This document shows positions 63,422 through 64,000 of a stretch of 64,000 bases of DNA, piece after piece (position 1 is the first letter of the stretch; every line of letters begins with the position of its first letter). The notes below the pieces were generated by a model. It had not been told where the DNA came from. It searched no databases and saw nothing but the letters and a program-made list of their open reading frames with translations. Source of the stretch: Callorhinchus milii (lineage: Eukaryota); the NCBI RefSeq assembly GCF_018977255.1, contig NW_024704761.1:3224001-3288000 (forward strand), read 5' to 3'. Position numbers and translations under genes: made by a program.

Positions 63422-64000
63422 GTATATTTTGAGTAATATAATGTATTAATATTATGGTTGCATTAAAAGCTTTACATGTTAGTACAGTATTCCTAACCAT
63501 CATTAGGAGAAAACAAGAAGCTGGATGATACATTGGTTCAATTACTGTCCTTCCACATCTGGGATCCAGGTTTCAATCAAACTCACAAGTTTCCCCTCTG
63601 ATGGGTGTGAGGATCTTAAATGAAGTATGTTGGTAGACAGGAATTAATCCCATTTGTACTAAATTGGCACTGAATTATTGAACTCATTGCAGAGAAGTCA
63701 CATACTGGTATGGAGGAACATTGTTAATTTGGCTTGGTTGGCAGGACTCAATCCTGAGTCAGAAATTTGGGCTTGAGCTCAAAAGTCTTGCCTGACCCTG
63801 CTGCAATTTTTATTCTGTACATAAAACTGCCTCACACCTCTAGTAAAGCTTATTGGATACAAAAATGTTATACACCAATGATAATATTCCTTCCCAACAC
63901 TGATATTCGGAGAAAAGCCTTGTATACATTTGTTAAGGGATGGGAAGTTGGTAGGGCAGGCCGGGCAGGGGACGCGGAGCAGGCCAGAGTCTGCTGATCA

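Noticed and set aside
1-64000. CRISPR array or prokaryotic defence system suggested by the recurring repeats
   Set aside because: The repeats are dispersed, diverged SINE/LINE copies in vertebrate introns, with no regular repeat-spacer pattern and no cas-like genes.

Overview
Eukaryotic (vertebrate) genomic DNA, most likely a cartilaginous fish and possibly a holocephalan; this is inferred from the compact introns and the DeuSINE/CR1/L2 repeat landscape. Six spliced protein-coding genes were reconstructed exon by exon from splice signals and protein motifs: GCGR (-, 3' part runs off the left edge), SLC25A10 (-, 11 exons, 287 aa), MRPL12 (-, 5 exons, 185 aa), a METTL26/METTL26B-like methyltransferase (+, 6 exons, 205 aa), HGS (-, 21 exons, 746 aa) and ARL16 (+, runs off the right edge). 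This is the ARL16-HGS-MRPL12-SLC25A10-GCGR block known from human 17q25.3, with an extra METTL26B-like gene between MRPL12 and HGS. Other notable points: a U12 AT-AC intron in ARL16, two GC-AG introns, an overlapping two-way poly(A) signal, two bidirectional CpG promoters, a modular SINE family sharing its tail with L2 fragments, a long intronic hairpin element and several unnamed repeats. Almost all ORF-track entries are spurious. I found no convincing wholly new biological system.
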